Assembly: GCA_049606035.1 (NCBI GenBank)
Contig: JBMYVD010000004.1
Location: 2,313 to 66,312, forward strand
Origin: Candidatus Poseidoniaceae archaeon
GTDB taxonomy: Archaea > Thermoplasmatota > Poseidoniia > Poseidoniales > Poseidoniaceae
DNA: 64,000 bases
Direction: 5' to 3'
In this document: positions 56,001 through 64,000 of the stretch, in pieces
Numbering within the stretch: the first letter of the stretch is position 1
Layout of the letters: each line of letters starts with the position of its first letter
Position numbers and translations under genes: made by a program
The notes under the pieces: generated by a model
What the model was told of the DNA's origin: nothing
The model's input: the letters and a program-made list of their open reading frames with translations, nothing else
The model's database searches: none

Positions 56001-57307
56001 TTGTTTGCAAAATACAGACGTGCTTTGCTAGGAGAAGGAACGTTCCATCCCTGGTCCTTGTGGTGATATTCACCAATCAAAACTGGTTCCTTTCCTGTAT
56101 TGAGAATCGTATTGTTTTCTGCACTTACATCAGATTCACCATAAATCCACAGACCGTTCCATCCACCAATCGGGCCAATTGTGTTTCCATTTGCGGTTAC
56201 AAACGAAGATCGAATACCAAATCCGGAACCTTCTGCCGCTCCTGAAATTGTATTTCTTTCTGCAAGCACAATCGCACCATCGTATGCAGTAATTCCTGCC
56301 CCATCAGTAGGAGTGATTACGTTGTCTGAAATTACGAATGTGTAATTTTGGCCATTCGCAGATAAATGCGAGTTTGTATCGATAGCGTTACATTTGGTGG
56401 TGACTGTAGAGTTTGTCAGATAACCACTGCTTGAGCGCAAGAAGGCTCCGTAAGAGTTCTGTGTGATTGAAATAGTATCCATTCTCACGAAAGAATTCTC
56501 CAGATAAATTGCTGAGCGACCTCCACCTTGGGCGCCGCAATCGGTCTCTTCACCGGTGAAAGCGGAGTTCAGTACCTGCATAACCACGAGACCTGCTCCA
56601 GCACCATATGCCTGTATTGCAGCACCGTGGTAACCCTCTTCGTCGATTCCAACCTCAAAGGTTCCTCCGTCTAATGTAGGCGATGCACCGTTGATTGCCA
56701 ACACGTTTGTTGTATTGATATTCCTGAAAGTTGGATTGTTCACATTCAAACTTGCACCGTCGAAGACCATTGCTCCGTACTTGATCGACCCTTGACCGTC
56801 GATATCGACAGGGATTCCGTATGCACCGTCTAGTGTCACATGGTTTAAGCGAGTCAGTGACTGGTCGATTGTAGAGTCTAGGTATATTCCAGAACCGCAA
56901 GACATGTCTGGATTGAATATGCCTGTTACGTAACATCTGCCAGTTTGGTTAGGTGCTGGTGCTGCCGGCGCACCCCAGATGAAACGGATTGGAGAACCTG
57001 TACTTGCTTGTGATGCCCCACAAGAACTGTCACCTGCACAAATCGAACCTTGGATGTTAATGTTCTTGTCAGCAGGTATGTTGATTGTAGTGCCAGCGTT
57101 TATGATTAATTTCGCACCACCTGCGACCAATAAGTCACCGTCCATGTTCATGACTCCAGTCCAAGTTTCTGTACCGGTAATTGTTCCAGATGATGTCTCG
57201 TTCACAGCCATTGCTGACGGAGCGGTTGATACCATGGTTACAAACAGGGAAACTAGGAATAAACTCACTAAACCTACACTCTTACTTTTTTGGACGTTTA
57301 CAGACAT
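53012..57307 (-). CDS. Giant (about 1,431 aa) surface protein: right-handed parallel beta-helix (PbH1/NosD-like) plus Ig-like domains, a TM and a cytoplasmic acidic/Pro-rich tail
   Basis: Signal peptide MSVNVQKSKSVGLVSLFLVSLFVTMVSTAPSAMA (ATG 57307; an alternative GTG lies at 57352). Beta-helix repeats NTISGAAEGSGFGIRSS..NGNTIGP..NNTILNTG. Cys-bounded motif CSDGIDNDGDTLADNQDPDC. Ig-like modules VRSYDGLEES and VRAYDGVDYS. TM segment WIVIAVVVIAILLAVGAFFFL. Confidence 0.85.
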   Translation of the reverse strand: MSVNVQKSKSVGLVSLFLVSLFVTMVSTAPSAMAVNETSSGTITGTETWTGVMNMDGDLLVAGGAKLIINAGTTINIPADKNINIQGSICAGDSSCGASQASTGSPIRFIWGAPAAPAPNQTGRCYVTGIFNPDMSCGSGIYLDSTIDQSLTRLNHVTLDGAYGIPVDIDGQGSIKYGAMVFDGASLNVNNPTFRNINTTNVLAINGASPTLDGGTFEVGIDEEGYHGAAIQAYGAGAGLVVMQVLNSAFTGEETDCGAQGGGRSAIYLENSFVRMDTISITQNSYGAFLRSSSGYLTNSTVTTKCNAIDTNSHLSANGQNYTFVISDNVITPTDGAGITAYDGAIVLAERNTISGAAEGSGFGIRSSFVTANGNTIGPIGGWNGLWIYGESDVSAENNTILNTGKEPVLIGEYHHKDQGWNVPSPSKARLYFANNIISNNTGTCNSVEMYGGDFPCPAFHVYMASATFMDNTVTNNVGDGFRIKGGIVNAQNNDIEVGGFAANISLYDDNYGNKYGSIAYFSGNTYSNASQIYNVTESRVAVQSEFMPDPGGNQMYPVMLTWDDRECPWDSSVCLQVPLTGVWPPKFMPLAMELNQNATTFTYSDVQNFDRSKIHIQNQNTAWGVQVEQGELVRYQVKADNSQVSDALVTIKDANGKPLYNMTTDPYGYTPWVTLPSNFHIDRNWNHQATDQGEDSCSDGIDNDGDTLADNQDPDCQSGNRELPTYSVEAKKFSKGTSTHDFTLTGMVDEVINLVNIAPSVSVDQNDGTSFARTISLTGSAHDGQSGPYFNDYDSWLKQFGDIKRVEIQPHGSQDWYLATDTSGANGEVTMTNWPFKTWSFDWDMANHFEEDVTFRVRSYDGLEESIVSTRVFKLNINPPTINLDSPLDGSTHDGQEVLFTGTASDDYQGVQGSDIRDIWFSVQGPNNYSANYPANAGGAAVWSDTWNFSSLPSGDYTFTVWASDSNYCHEVVDVCDPEVITITIDNDNRIPIVQVSEPLPMESVRASDDTIISGVARDNDGQVTRVEITIIDLASGIELNNGPNPITSFQPNGAWYTYWDTSNLIHDQQYEVQVRAYDGVDYSLMETVRIVIDNPADADNVKPTFNPTGWVDTITIFCDEKSSAFDKCGAGAEINLLDFFNDSDGVGPQSSHMVFDIYDDPSSALDDDYAYHIRITPEGKAVYNPMDSMYQTSSEISDWSMQGVMFEARDAFDSVEYSYQVNFIVRGVEFTAERTDEGAVKFGDSAEFQGTGLPNSVVTARLVKGDIKLNDTVVGEDGLWNMDITSSALDRDGSFEIYFEQDGQFIGKDDGNSITLKKGESVTEGVSSWVWIVIAVVVIAILLAVGAFFFLEFEEEFEDDEAALAEMQKEEDPYAWAKARAAEQAAASAGELTPAPAPVPAAQPQHPGWIWDAQTNQWVADPNYRPPQQ

Positions 57308-57372
57308 AATACACCCTCGGCATGTTGTCCAAATACTGGACCGCCTTAACACATTGGGATAGATTTCAATTG

Positions 57373-57453
57373 AAAAGTATCAATTATCAAGGAAAATATC
57401 ATCTTTTTTGACCATAAAAAGTTACAAAATATCAATTTGTAGAAAAAATATCA
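57373..57453 (-). promoter_or_regulatory. Four direct copies of AAAATATCA (TGATATTTT in gene sense) in the AT-rich region upstream of the beta-helix giant gene
   Basis: Copies at 57373-57382 (with one inserted G), 57393-57401, 57426-57434 and 57445-57453. They form two pairs spaced 19 bp apart, with the pairs offset by 52 bp. Confidence 0.45.
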
Positions 57454-57502
57454 TATCTCGAGAGAGGACACATTACCTTCTCAGTGCACCTTTCAGAACA
57501 TA

Positions 57503-58720
57503 TTAGCAGGCAACTGAGGTACGTATTTGATTCAACCATGCTTTCCCATCAATCGCTCCATAACCCCACCGAGAATCATGTTCTATTCCATCCTCGAGTG
57601 GAACTGCCGAGTTCATCAATGCTGTTTTTACTTGAGTGAGACACCCCTCATCTGGACTTATCAAATCGGGTTCTGCTTCTAGAATTAAAGCTAGAATTCC
57701 CGAAACGAAAACAGTAGCATCACTAGTACCGGTTGAAGAATAGTATTCATCATCGAATGCAGTAGATACGATTGATACGCCTGGAGCGGACACCTCTGGT
57801 TTCTTGTTTGGATTTTGGTAAAGTCCTGAATTCTCAACACTAGTATATCCGACAGAAGAGCCTTCCCAAATATCTCCATTAACGTCCAAAGCGCCAACTG
57901 AAATTACTCCGGGCACATCCGAAGGAGTTGCAACCCTACCATCGTCATCTGGCCCACCGTCATTTCCAGCGGCTGCGACAACGTAAACGCCATTTGCAAG
58001 CGATTGTTTGACAGCATTGGAGGTAGGGCCATCAGTGTTTGCATTGGGGTCGCTTTCCCCACCCAAAGATAGAGAAATAATGTCGGCTTGGAATGTTTTC
58101 CAGCACCACTCAATCGCACTAGCCACTACGTTCTGGTCCCCGCTATTTCCACCATCACCATCATCACCAAGGGCTGCTGCCATACCAAGGGTAACACCTG
58201 GAGCAACACCTTTGAGATATCCATCAGAAACCAAAATGCCTGCCATCATGGTACCGTGAGCGAGAGAACCCTGGTCAGAGATTTGATTGGAACCCGTGAT
58301 AAAATCCTTGAATACCAAATCGATTGATTCCAAGTCGGAGTGACTGGGATCGATACCAGTGTCAACCATACAAACTCGAATTCCATCTCCAGTATAACCC
58401 AGTGATTGTAATTCTCTTGCACCAGATTCCTCAAAAGCCCACTCAGAGTTTGGTGGAGGTATTTCGATAAAAAGCAGTTGACTTCGCCAAACTGCCCACA
58501 TAATCAAAATCAAAACTAGGAAGAATCCCGCGCTAATCATTCGTTGTCGTAGCCGCTTCGGTCTAGAAACAACAGGTACAGGAGTTGGTGCCCAACCCAA
58601 TACTTCGCTTCTCCATCCCTCTTGGTGACCAATGGTTGCTGAGTCAGCTGCGGATAAGATCCGATAGTCGGAGGGTTCAGGAATAAACTCAACATTGCCG
58701 AGTTCCTTTTCCTCCCACAT
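57503..58720 (-). CDS. Membrane-anchored subtilisin-like (S8) serine protease
   Basis: About 60 N-terminal cytoplasmic residues, then the TM segment ISAGFFLVLILIMWAVW. Triad motifs VCMVDTGIDPSH, SLAHGTMMAG and STGTSDATVFVSG. Confidence 0.9.
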   Translation of the reverse strand: MWEEKELGNVEFIPEPSDYRILSAADSATIGHQEGWRSEVLGWAPTPVPVVSRPKRLRQRMISAGFFLVLILIMWAVWRSQLLFIEIPPPNSEWAFEESGARELQSLGYTGDGIRVCMVDTGIDPSHSDLESIDLVFKDFITGSNQISDQGSLAHGTMMAGILVSDGYLKGVAPGVTLGMAAALGDDGDGGNSGDQNVVASAIEWCWKTFQADIISLSLGGESDPNANTDGPTSNAVKQSLANGVYVVAAAGNDGGPDDDGRVATPSDVPGVISVGALDVNGDIWEGSSVGYTSVENSGLYQNPNKKPEVSAPGVSIVSTAFDDEYYSSTGTSDATVFVSGILALILEAEPDLISPDEGCLTQVKTALMNSAVPLEDGIEHDSRWGYGAIDGKAWLNQIRTSVAC

Positions 58721-58748
58721 AGAGCACCACTACCACTTCAATGGCTTC

Positions 58749-58758
58749 AATATATGTC
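58749..58758 (-). promoter_or_regulatory. TATA-box-like element upstream of the anchored subtilase gene
   Basis: The minus strand reads ACATATATTG, about 30-35 nt upstream of the ATG at 58720. Confidence 0.3.
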
Positions 58759-58810
58759 TGAAACCAATAAGATCTACCCCTATGAAGGAAGCAGAATCTC
58801 TATTGGGAAA

Positions 58811-61800
58811 TCAGAAGCGTCCAGAGGAGCCTCTTCTTGCGGTCTTGTATCCACCGTACATTACCAGTCCGGTAAGTAGAACAATAACTACAACCAACCA
58901 ATCGGAGTCGCCATCTTCATCTGCTATGTTCGAGAAGGTGATGGTAATGATTTCCGATTCTGCACTATCAACGTGTGTAGGCGTTCCAATTACATCCAAA
59001 GTGACCTTCAATCTGGCCTTACCTGGAGGTAGGTCAGAGTAATCGAATGTTGCATATGCGGTACCATTGGCTGGAACTGTGATAGTTACTTGCTGTTGTG
59101 GATAGACAGTGTCACCGAGTTCGTCTGCTTCTAAGTAGACAATGACATCACTTGCTGTTAGGAATCCTTCGTTTGTGATTGGAATGATGAATTGACCATC
59201 AGCGTTTGCCTTTGCGTCAGCATTTCTTGGCTCTACTCCACCTTCATCGATTACTAATTTAGCAACTGATATGATCGCTGTTGTCGATTGAGACTGCTCA
59301 GCGAAGTCACCCTCGCTATTTGCAGTGAAGGAGACCGGGCACTCATCTTCAGCAGCTGCATCAGCAGGTGCATAAATTGTGAATGATTGACTTCTCTCAC
59401 TATTTGCCGCCACAGTTACATTAGAAATCGGTGGTGCGACAGTCCATCCTTCACAAGATAGCTGAGATTCGACTGTTACAGTGTCGTCACCGTTTCCGTT
59501 GTTTACAATTCTCAGAGTTACAATTGTCTCATCACCGACTCCGACTCCGATCTTTTCTGGAGCATCGACGAATGAGATGTTATACTGCTGTGGAATGAAT
59601 ACTCTCGCACTTGCTTCGCTTGCTCCAGCGTCTGCGGTAAATCTCATGTTTACAGCATGACCATCATCATAGGTTTGTGATTGATTCTTTAGAGGCAGAG
59701 TTACCCTAACATCAACTTCAGTGTACAATAGTTGATTTGCATCAGAGTTGTTCATTCCAATACCCATTGCTACGTCCATTGCTTCGGTCCAATCACCAGT
59801 TGAGTTCTTGTATTCAATAATCCAGAACTCAGCGTCTTGTGTTACTCCTGTTGAACCAGATGCAGTAAAAGTGTCAGAAATTTCTGTTCCTTCGTATGTT
59901 AGGCCCAACTTCATTGTGATTATCTTGTAACCGTTACCGTCTTCCTTAGCAGTTAAGTCTGTTAAGTCAGATGGGTCAAAGTCTGCTGTTTCTGAATCAA
60001 CCGAGATAATCTCAACCACAAGGTCCGAGTTAACACGGCGAGTGAACTCTAACAAGCGGTCCTCAGCAGTGTCTTGGATTACATCTACAGTCAATCCAGC
60101 ATTGTATTCCATTACTAGGTTTAAATCGTGCTGGATTGATTCGAATTCGCTATCGAAAGAAACGCTACCAGCTGGTAGAATCATTTCGATTTCACCATTA
60201 GCATCGAACGGTACTTCCCATTCAATGCCATCTCCTAGGTCAATTTCAACGTCAACTCCATCAGCAACATCACCGGCATGGAATTCATCGCTATCTATAG
60301 TTAGCCATGTTGTAGAGATTGAAATCAATCCACCCTTCTCCATTACAAGGTCAAGAGTTGCACCTTCTTGAACAGAGGCCTCAAGCAATCCAATTGCAAT
60401 TCCACCACCGTTCTCATCGACATCGGTTCCTTCAACCACAACAATCCAGTTACCTGGTTCGATGTTTGCATTCCATGAAAGTACGTCATTTTCAAACACT
60501 ACGTCCTGAATTACGATAGCGTCACGTACAATTCCGCTAGCAGGATAGAGGGTGACTGTGGCACCATCTAATCTTGTGCTAGCACCCAAAATATCGGTTA
60601 CGTTTCCTGAAACTTCAACAAGTCCTGCGCTCATCTCGAAATCACGGCTTTCGTGCGTGTCGTTTACAATGTAGAAGGATGAGTTTCCATCTTCGTAATT
60701 CACTGTATCGAATCCAGACTTCTCGGCCACTACTGTGTAGTTTTCACGGATTGGCACGAATAGTTTCCAAGTTCCCTCCTCATCGGTTGTTACATTTTCA
60801 GAGAATCCACTCTCGGAGCTAATTGAAACATTAACAGATTCGATTCCTTCACCAGAGTTTGGAGTATCATCCTCATTTAGGTCCCAGAAGATTTTTCCAC
60901 CAACCAATACATGCTTGTCCACGTAAACAGTACCTGCATCCCATGTGTTACCGACTACTGTGTCAGCTGAGTTGTAGATGCCAACATCTAGAGACCACAT
61001 CTCAAGAGTGTCTGTTCTGTTTAGCATCAGTGTCCAGTTACCTGGCATTAGAACTTCATTGATCATTCCTTCATTGTCAGAAGGACCTAGGCTTACATTA
61101 CCCAAGCCATCAAGGCTTACAGCGGTAATTCTTGTTGCTGTGATGTTTGATTCTGTTAGTGATTCTTTCAACTGCATTGTTACGTTCAATGCAGTCTTAG
61201 TCTTCCAGTTCAAATCGGTAACTGCACCATCTAATACTAGGAAATCTCTGAAGATTTCAGTTTCATTGCTGTCAGCAATGTAATCTGAAACTTCAACAAA
61301 CCATTCGCCTGCAGAAATGTATTCAGCAAACGTACCGTTTTCATCGGTTGCTAGTGGATAGAAGTCATCACCTGCTTCGTTTCTCAACCATACTGTTGAG
61401 TTCTCGAGTGGGAATCCACTTTCCATCAGTACGGTACCTGTAACGAGGTATTCAGGTGTTATCGCTATGTCAATAGGGTCGTCTATTGTATCTAAACCGA
61501 TGTCAATTGAAGGAAGACCAGGTGCAAACTTCCTGAAGTCGCTTGCGTTCTCATCCCTAGGGTCATCTTCAATCATAGTGATGATGTAACTGCCAACGGA
61601 TAGTTCGACTGTTAACTCACCTGTATTAATATCGTACATGTCTTCAGTAACTTCAACATCAATACCGAAATCGTTGATTGAAGTAATATTGAATGTAGGT
61701 GATACGGCAGTACCATTCTCCCATGAAAGGTCGTCGTTGGTATCTAAGAAGAGTCTTAGAGTAAGTGAAACATTAGCTGGTGATGCAACAACATCTACTC

Positions 61801-64000
61801 TGTTAGTTTCGTTCTCAGTTGAGACAGATACAGGCTGAACGTTCATGTCAGAGTTTGATGCGGAAATTGTGTAAGTTCCATTTGCTAGGTACATGAAGAA
61901 GTTACCAGCATCGTCTATTTCATCTCTCCACTCGAGTCCGTTTTCGTCAGTAGCAATGATTTCTGAACCGCTTGCTCCTGAAATACCACTTCCCCAAGTA
62001 ATTCCACTTCCATTGACAGGAGATTCTCTCAACCAAACAGTTCCTTGTAGTGCATTGGAATCTTGGAGAATCAAGTCTCTATCGACATCTTCCAATGCAT
62101 CTGTAACGAGCATACCCGCTGTCAAGACATTGCTTGTTAATCCAGCAAAGCTTTCGACGTTGATGTGGAATTCAACACCTGCTGGCATTCTTATAGAGTA
62201 TGTTCCGTTTTCTCCATCAGTAGTAGTCTTCAATATGATATTACCAGAGCGTGCTTCAACATTCACGTTGGTCGCAGGTTCTCTCATCTCCACCGGGATG
62301 TCGGAAGGAGTGTTGTATTGAGGATCCTGCATTAGGTCGGCTAGACCAGGAATAGCCCAAACAGTTCCATTTACCCATGCGCTTACTGCATAAGTCAAAT
62401 CCAATTCAACATCATCTTCCGCAACTTCCAATTCATGCCACAACACGACATTCTCATCTGTTTCATCTGAAATAATCCAGTCGCCCATGAATATCTCTGC
62501 ATGCACAAGACCGGTATCGTCTGATTGTGCAGTAATTGTGATGTCGTTGAGGTCTGTTCCTAAGGAACTAGAGAAGGTCAGTGTTCTGTTAGAAAGGTCG
62601 ATTCCAGAGCCACCGTCATTCAACTGAATAATTACGTCACGCATTGTTGGCACAGGCACTACTAGGGTGATATTCTGTGAATCAAGACCTACACTGAAGT
62701 TGTGTTCGACCTCATACCATCCGTCTTCATCAATGTCCACTCTCCACTGATAGTCACCAGTTGCTAGCGGCCCATAGGTGAAGTTACCGTTTTCATCTGT
62801 TTCAATCAGTACTGGTTCTGAACCATCTTCAATTCCAAAGTCGAGTAATTCGATAGTCTCGTTCGGAAGTGGTGTTGGGTCACCATTTGTGAAGTAATCA
62901 GCAAACAATGTGTCTTGGAATATCGAACCTGGCATCTTCATCTCCAAATCAGTAGTAGGTTCAATGCCTACCTCGACAGGATCTGGTAGCAGTATTTCTC
63001 TACCGTTTTCCATCATTGCGATCATGTTGTAGGTTCCTGGCATTAATCCGGTTTTGTAGAATGAACCAGGTGCTACCATAGGTCCAGAGAATGTTCCCTC
63101 ACCAATGAATAGACCTGTACCGTTGGCAGTTCCAATTCCTTCGTAAACGCCAGTACCCTCGAATGTCTCTCCATCAAGGAACTTAACGACAATCACTTCT
63201 CCATCAGCGGTCATTCTACCGTTTGCATCAACCGTGCCCTCGAAGAGGTAGGTGTCTGCTTCTGAGGTTAAACAAGCAGTATGTGTTGAGTTAACAGTTT
63301 CGTCATCCACTATTTCTTCAAAGGTAGGTAGCGATTCTATTGTTTCGTTACCCACTGTCTCCTCAATACATGTTGGAGCGTCATAATCAATCCATTCCGC
63401 AACGATTGAACCTGCACCGGTGAATGTTGCGTTAGCAGTGTATGAGCGGCCATCTAGGACGTTACGAGTGTAGTTACCAGTAAATCCGTAAACGATTCCT
63501 GTGTTACCTTGAGTATCGAAAGTTCCGTTCTCAGTGAAAGTAACTTCACCAGTTCCTTGAATAATTCTTGAATCACCAGCTTCGGTGGTGAAAGAACCGC
63601 TTGTTGTTGAGACAGAGTAATTAGTGGACATACCCCATACGTTGCGTAGGATAAAGTCCATTCCGTCTAAGGCGTCTCCTTCGAAAGACTCGTGTCCTGT
63701 CCAAGTAACCGTACCTGATACGCCACTTGAATCGACTGCAATGTCAAAGTCTGTGTCGATAGAAGTACCTTCCTCTTGGTCAGCTTGTGCTCCTGTGATG
63801 TTTTGTGTCACTTCACCCATCCAAGACATGTTTGCAACCTTACCTAGCAGAGCAGTAATCAAGTTAGTTTCACGGTTATCGTTCGTGTTAACAGTCAAGT
63901 CGCCCAAACCAGCAGCGTATTCGCCAGTCTGAATTGTGTCCTTTGCTTCTGCATCATCGAATACACCTGCATATGCTGAAACTCTAATCTTTCCAGCAGG
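58811..64000 (-). CDS. Giant surface protein (more than 1,729 aa, 5' end beyond the window) with Cna-B/SdrD-B and carboxypeptidase-regulatory-like repeats, CARDB-like modules and a C-terminal TM
   Basis: The track start at 63907 is a TTG. I checked that the frame stays open to 64000, and the reported N-terminus has no signal peptide, so the gene is truncated by the window. Repeats include GGKIFWDLNEDDTPNSGEGIESVNVSISSESGFSENVTTDEEGTWKLFVP and GTVLMESGFPLENSTVWLRNEAGDDFYPLATDENGTF. The C-terminus reads WLVVVIVLLTGLVMYGGYKTARRGSSGRF. Confidence 0.85.
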   Translation of the reverse strand, partial: PAGKIRVSAYAGVFDDAEAKDTIQTGEYAAGLGDLTVNTNDNRETNLITALLGKVANMSWMGEVTQNITGAQADQEEGTSIDTDFDIAVDSSGVSGTVTWTGHESFEGDALDGMDFILRNVWGMSTNYSVSTTSGSFTTEAGDSRIIQGTGEVTFTENGTFDTQGNTGIVYGFTGNYTRNVLDGRSYTANATFTGAGSIVAEWIDYDAPTCIEETVGNETIESLPTFEEIVDDETVNSTHTACLTSEADTYLFEGTVDANGRMTADGEVIVVKFLDGETFEGTGVYEGIGTANGTGLFIGEGTFSGPMVAPGSFYKTGLMPGTYNMIAMMENGREILLPDPVEVGIEPTTDLEMKMPGSIFQDTLFADYFTNGDPTPLPNETIELLDFGIEDGSEPVLIETDENGNFTYGPLATGDYQWRVDIDEDGWYEVEHNFSVGLDSQNITLVVPVPTMRDVIIQLNDGGSGIDLSNRTLTFSSSLGTDLNDITITAQSDDTGLVHAEIFMGDWIISDETDENVVLWHELEVAEDDVELDLTYAVSAWVNGTVWAIPGLADLMQDPQYNTPSDIPVEMREPATNVNVEARSGNIILKTTTDGENGTYSIRMPAGVEFHINVESFAGLTSNVLTAGMLVTDALEDVDRDLILQDSNALQGTVWLRESPVNGSGITWGSGISGASGSEIIATDENGLEWRDEIDDAGNFFMYLANGTYTISASNSDMNVQPVSVSTENETNRVDVVASPANVSLTLRLFLDTNDDLSWENGTAVSPTFNITSINDFGIDVEVTEDMYDINTGELTVELSVGSYIITMIEDDPRDENASDFRKFAPGLPSIDIGLDTIDDPIDIAITPEYLVTGTVLMESGFPLENSTVWLRNEAGDDFYPLATDENGTFAEYISAGEWFVEVSDYIADSNETEIFRDFLVLDGAVTDLNWKTKTALNVTMQLKESLTESNITATRITAVSLDGLGNVSLGPSDNEGMINEVLMPGNWTLMLNRTDTLEMWSLDVGIYNSADTVVGNTWDAGTVYVDKHVLVGGKIFWDLNEDDTPNSGEGIESVNVSISSESGFSENVTTDEEGTWKLFVPIRENYTVVAEKSGFDTVNYEDGNSSFYIVNDTHESRDFEMSAGLVEVSGNVTDILGASTRLDGATVTLYPASGIVRDAIVIQDVVFENDVLSWNANIEPGNWIVVVEGTDVDENGGGIAIGLLEASVQEGATLDLVMEKGGLISISTTWLTIDSDEFHAGDVADGVDVEIDLGDGIEWEVPFDANGEIEMILPAGSVSFDSEFESIQHDLNLVMEYNAGLTVDVIQDTAEDRLLEFTRRVNSDLVVEIISVDSETADFDPSDLTDLTAKEDGNGYKIITMKLGLTYEGTEISDTFTASGSTGVTQDAEFWIIEYKNSTGDWTEAMDVAMGIGMNNSDANQLLYTEVDVRVTLPLKNQSQTYDDGHAVNMRFTADAGASEASARVFIPQQYNISFVDAPEKIGVGVGDETIVTLRIVNNGNGDDTVTVESQLSCEGWTVAPPISNVTVAANSERSQSFTIYAPADAAAEDECPVSFTANSEGDFAEQSQSTTAIISVAKLVIDEGGVEPRNADAKANADGQFIIPITNEGFLTASDVIVYLEADELGDTVYPQQQVTITVPANGTAYATFDYSDLPPGKARLKVTLDVIGTPTHVDSAESEIITITFSNIADEDGDSDWLVVVIVLLTGLVMYGGYKTARRGSSGRF

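Noticed and set aside
1-64000. Mobile element, prophage or genomic island explaining the giant genes
   Set aside because: I saw no integrase, transposase, tRNA attachment site, flanking direct repeats or phage structural genes. Essential housekeeping genes are interspersed throughout.

Overview
This looks like an archaeal chromosomal segment with about 39 protein-coding genes. By eye I found no rRNA, tRNA, CRISPR array, transposase or integrase. All calls come from reading the translations and DNA for motifs; no database search was run. Housekeeping genes with archaeal signatures include the RNase P Rpr2/Rpp21 subunit, a YhbY-like protein, uS15 of the S15P/S13e type, type II GAPDH, PheRS beta, archaeal-type GluRS, RNase HII, and archaeosine synthase ArcS with an exact PC-X3-KPY-X2-S-X2-H motif. 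Also present are adenylate kinase with a four-Cys lid and a dnaJ without dnaK or grpE nearby. These genes are interleaved with a very heavy load of secreted and surface proteins. Five minus-strand ORFs of 1,431 to more than 1,729 codons cover about 25.3 kb, roughly 40% of the window. They carry subtilase, CARDB-like, Asp-box, thrombospondin-type-3, beta-propeller, parallel beta-helix and Cna-B/SdrD-like modules. There are also several 670-790 aa anchored proteins, a FAS1x3-cupredoxin-PGF-CTERM fusion, two further proteases, and a translationally coupled triad of type IV pilin-like genes beside a wHTH-STAND-TPR ATPase. The gene content fits a planktonic Marine Group II (Poseidoniales)-like euryarchaeon, but that placement is inference. 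The candidates most worth following up are: (1) a conserved cytoplasmic tail motif, LP(P/E)GWTMEQW..YGHQ(W/Y)L, shared by two unrelated giant proteins and kept under synonymous codon divergence, with a looser variant on a third; (2) the 46.9-64 kb locus holding the pilin-like triad, STAND regulator, beta-helix giant, anchored subtilase and Cna-B giant, which includes a four-copy AAAATATCA promoter repeat; (3) unusual fusions, namely FAS1-cupredoxin, Pcp-Nudix, and a GXGXG domain joined to a degenerate FMN-barrel-like region.
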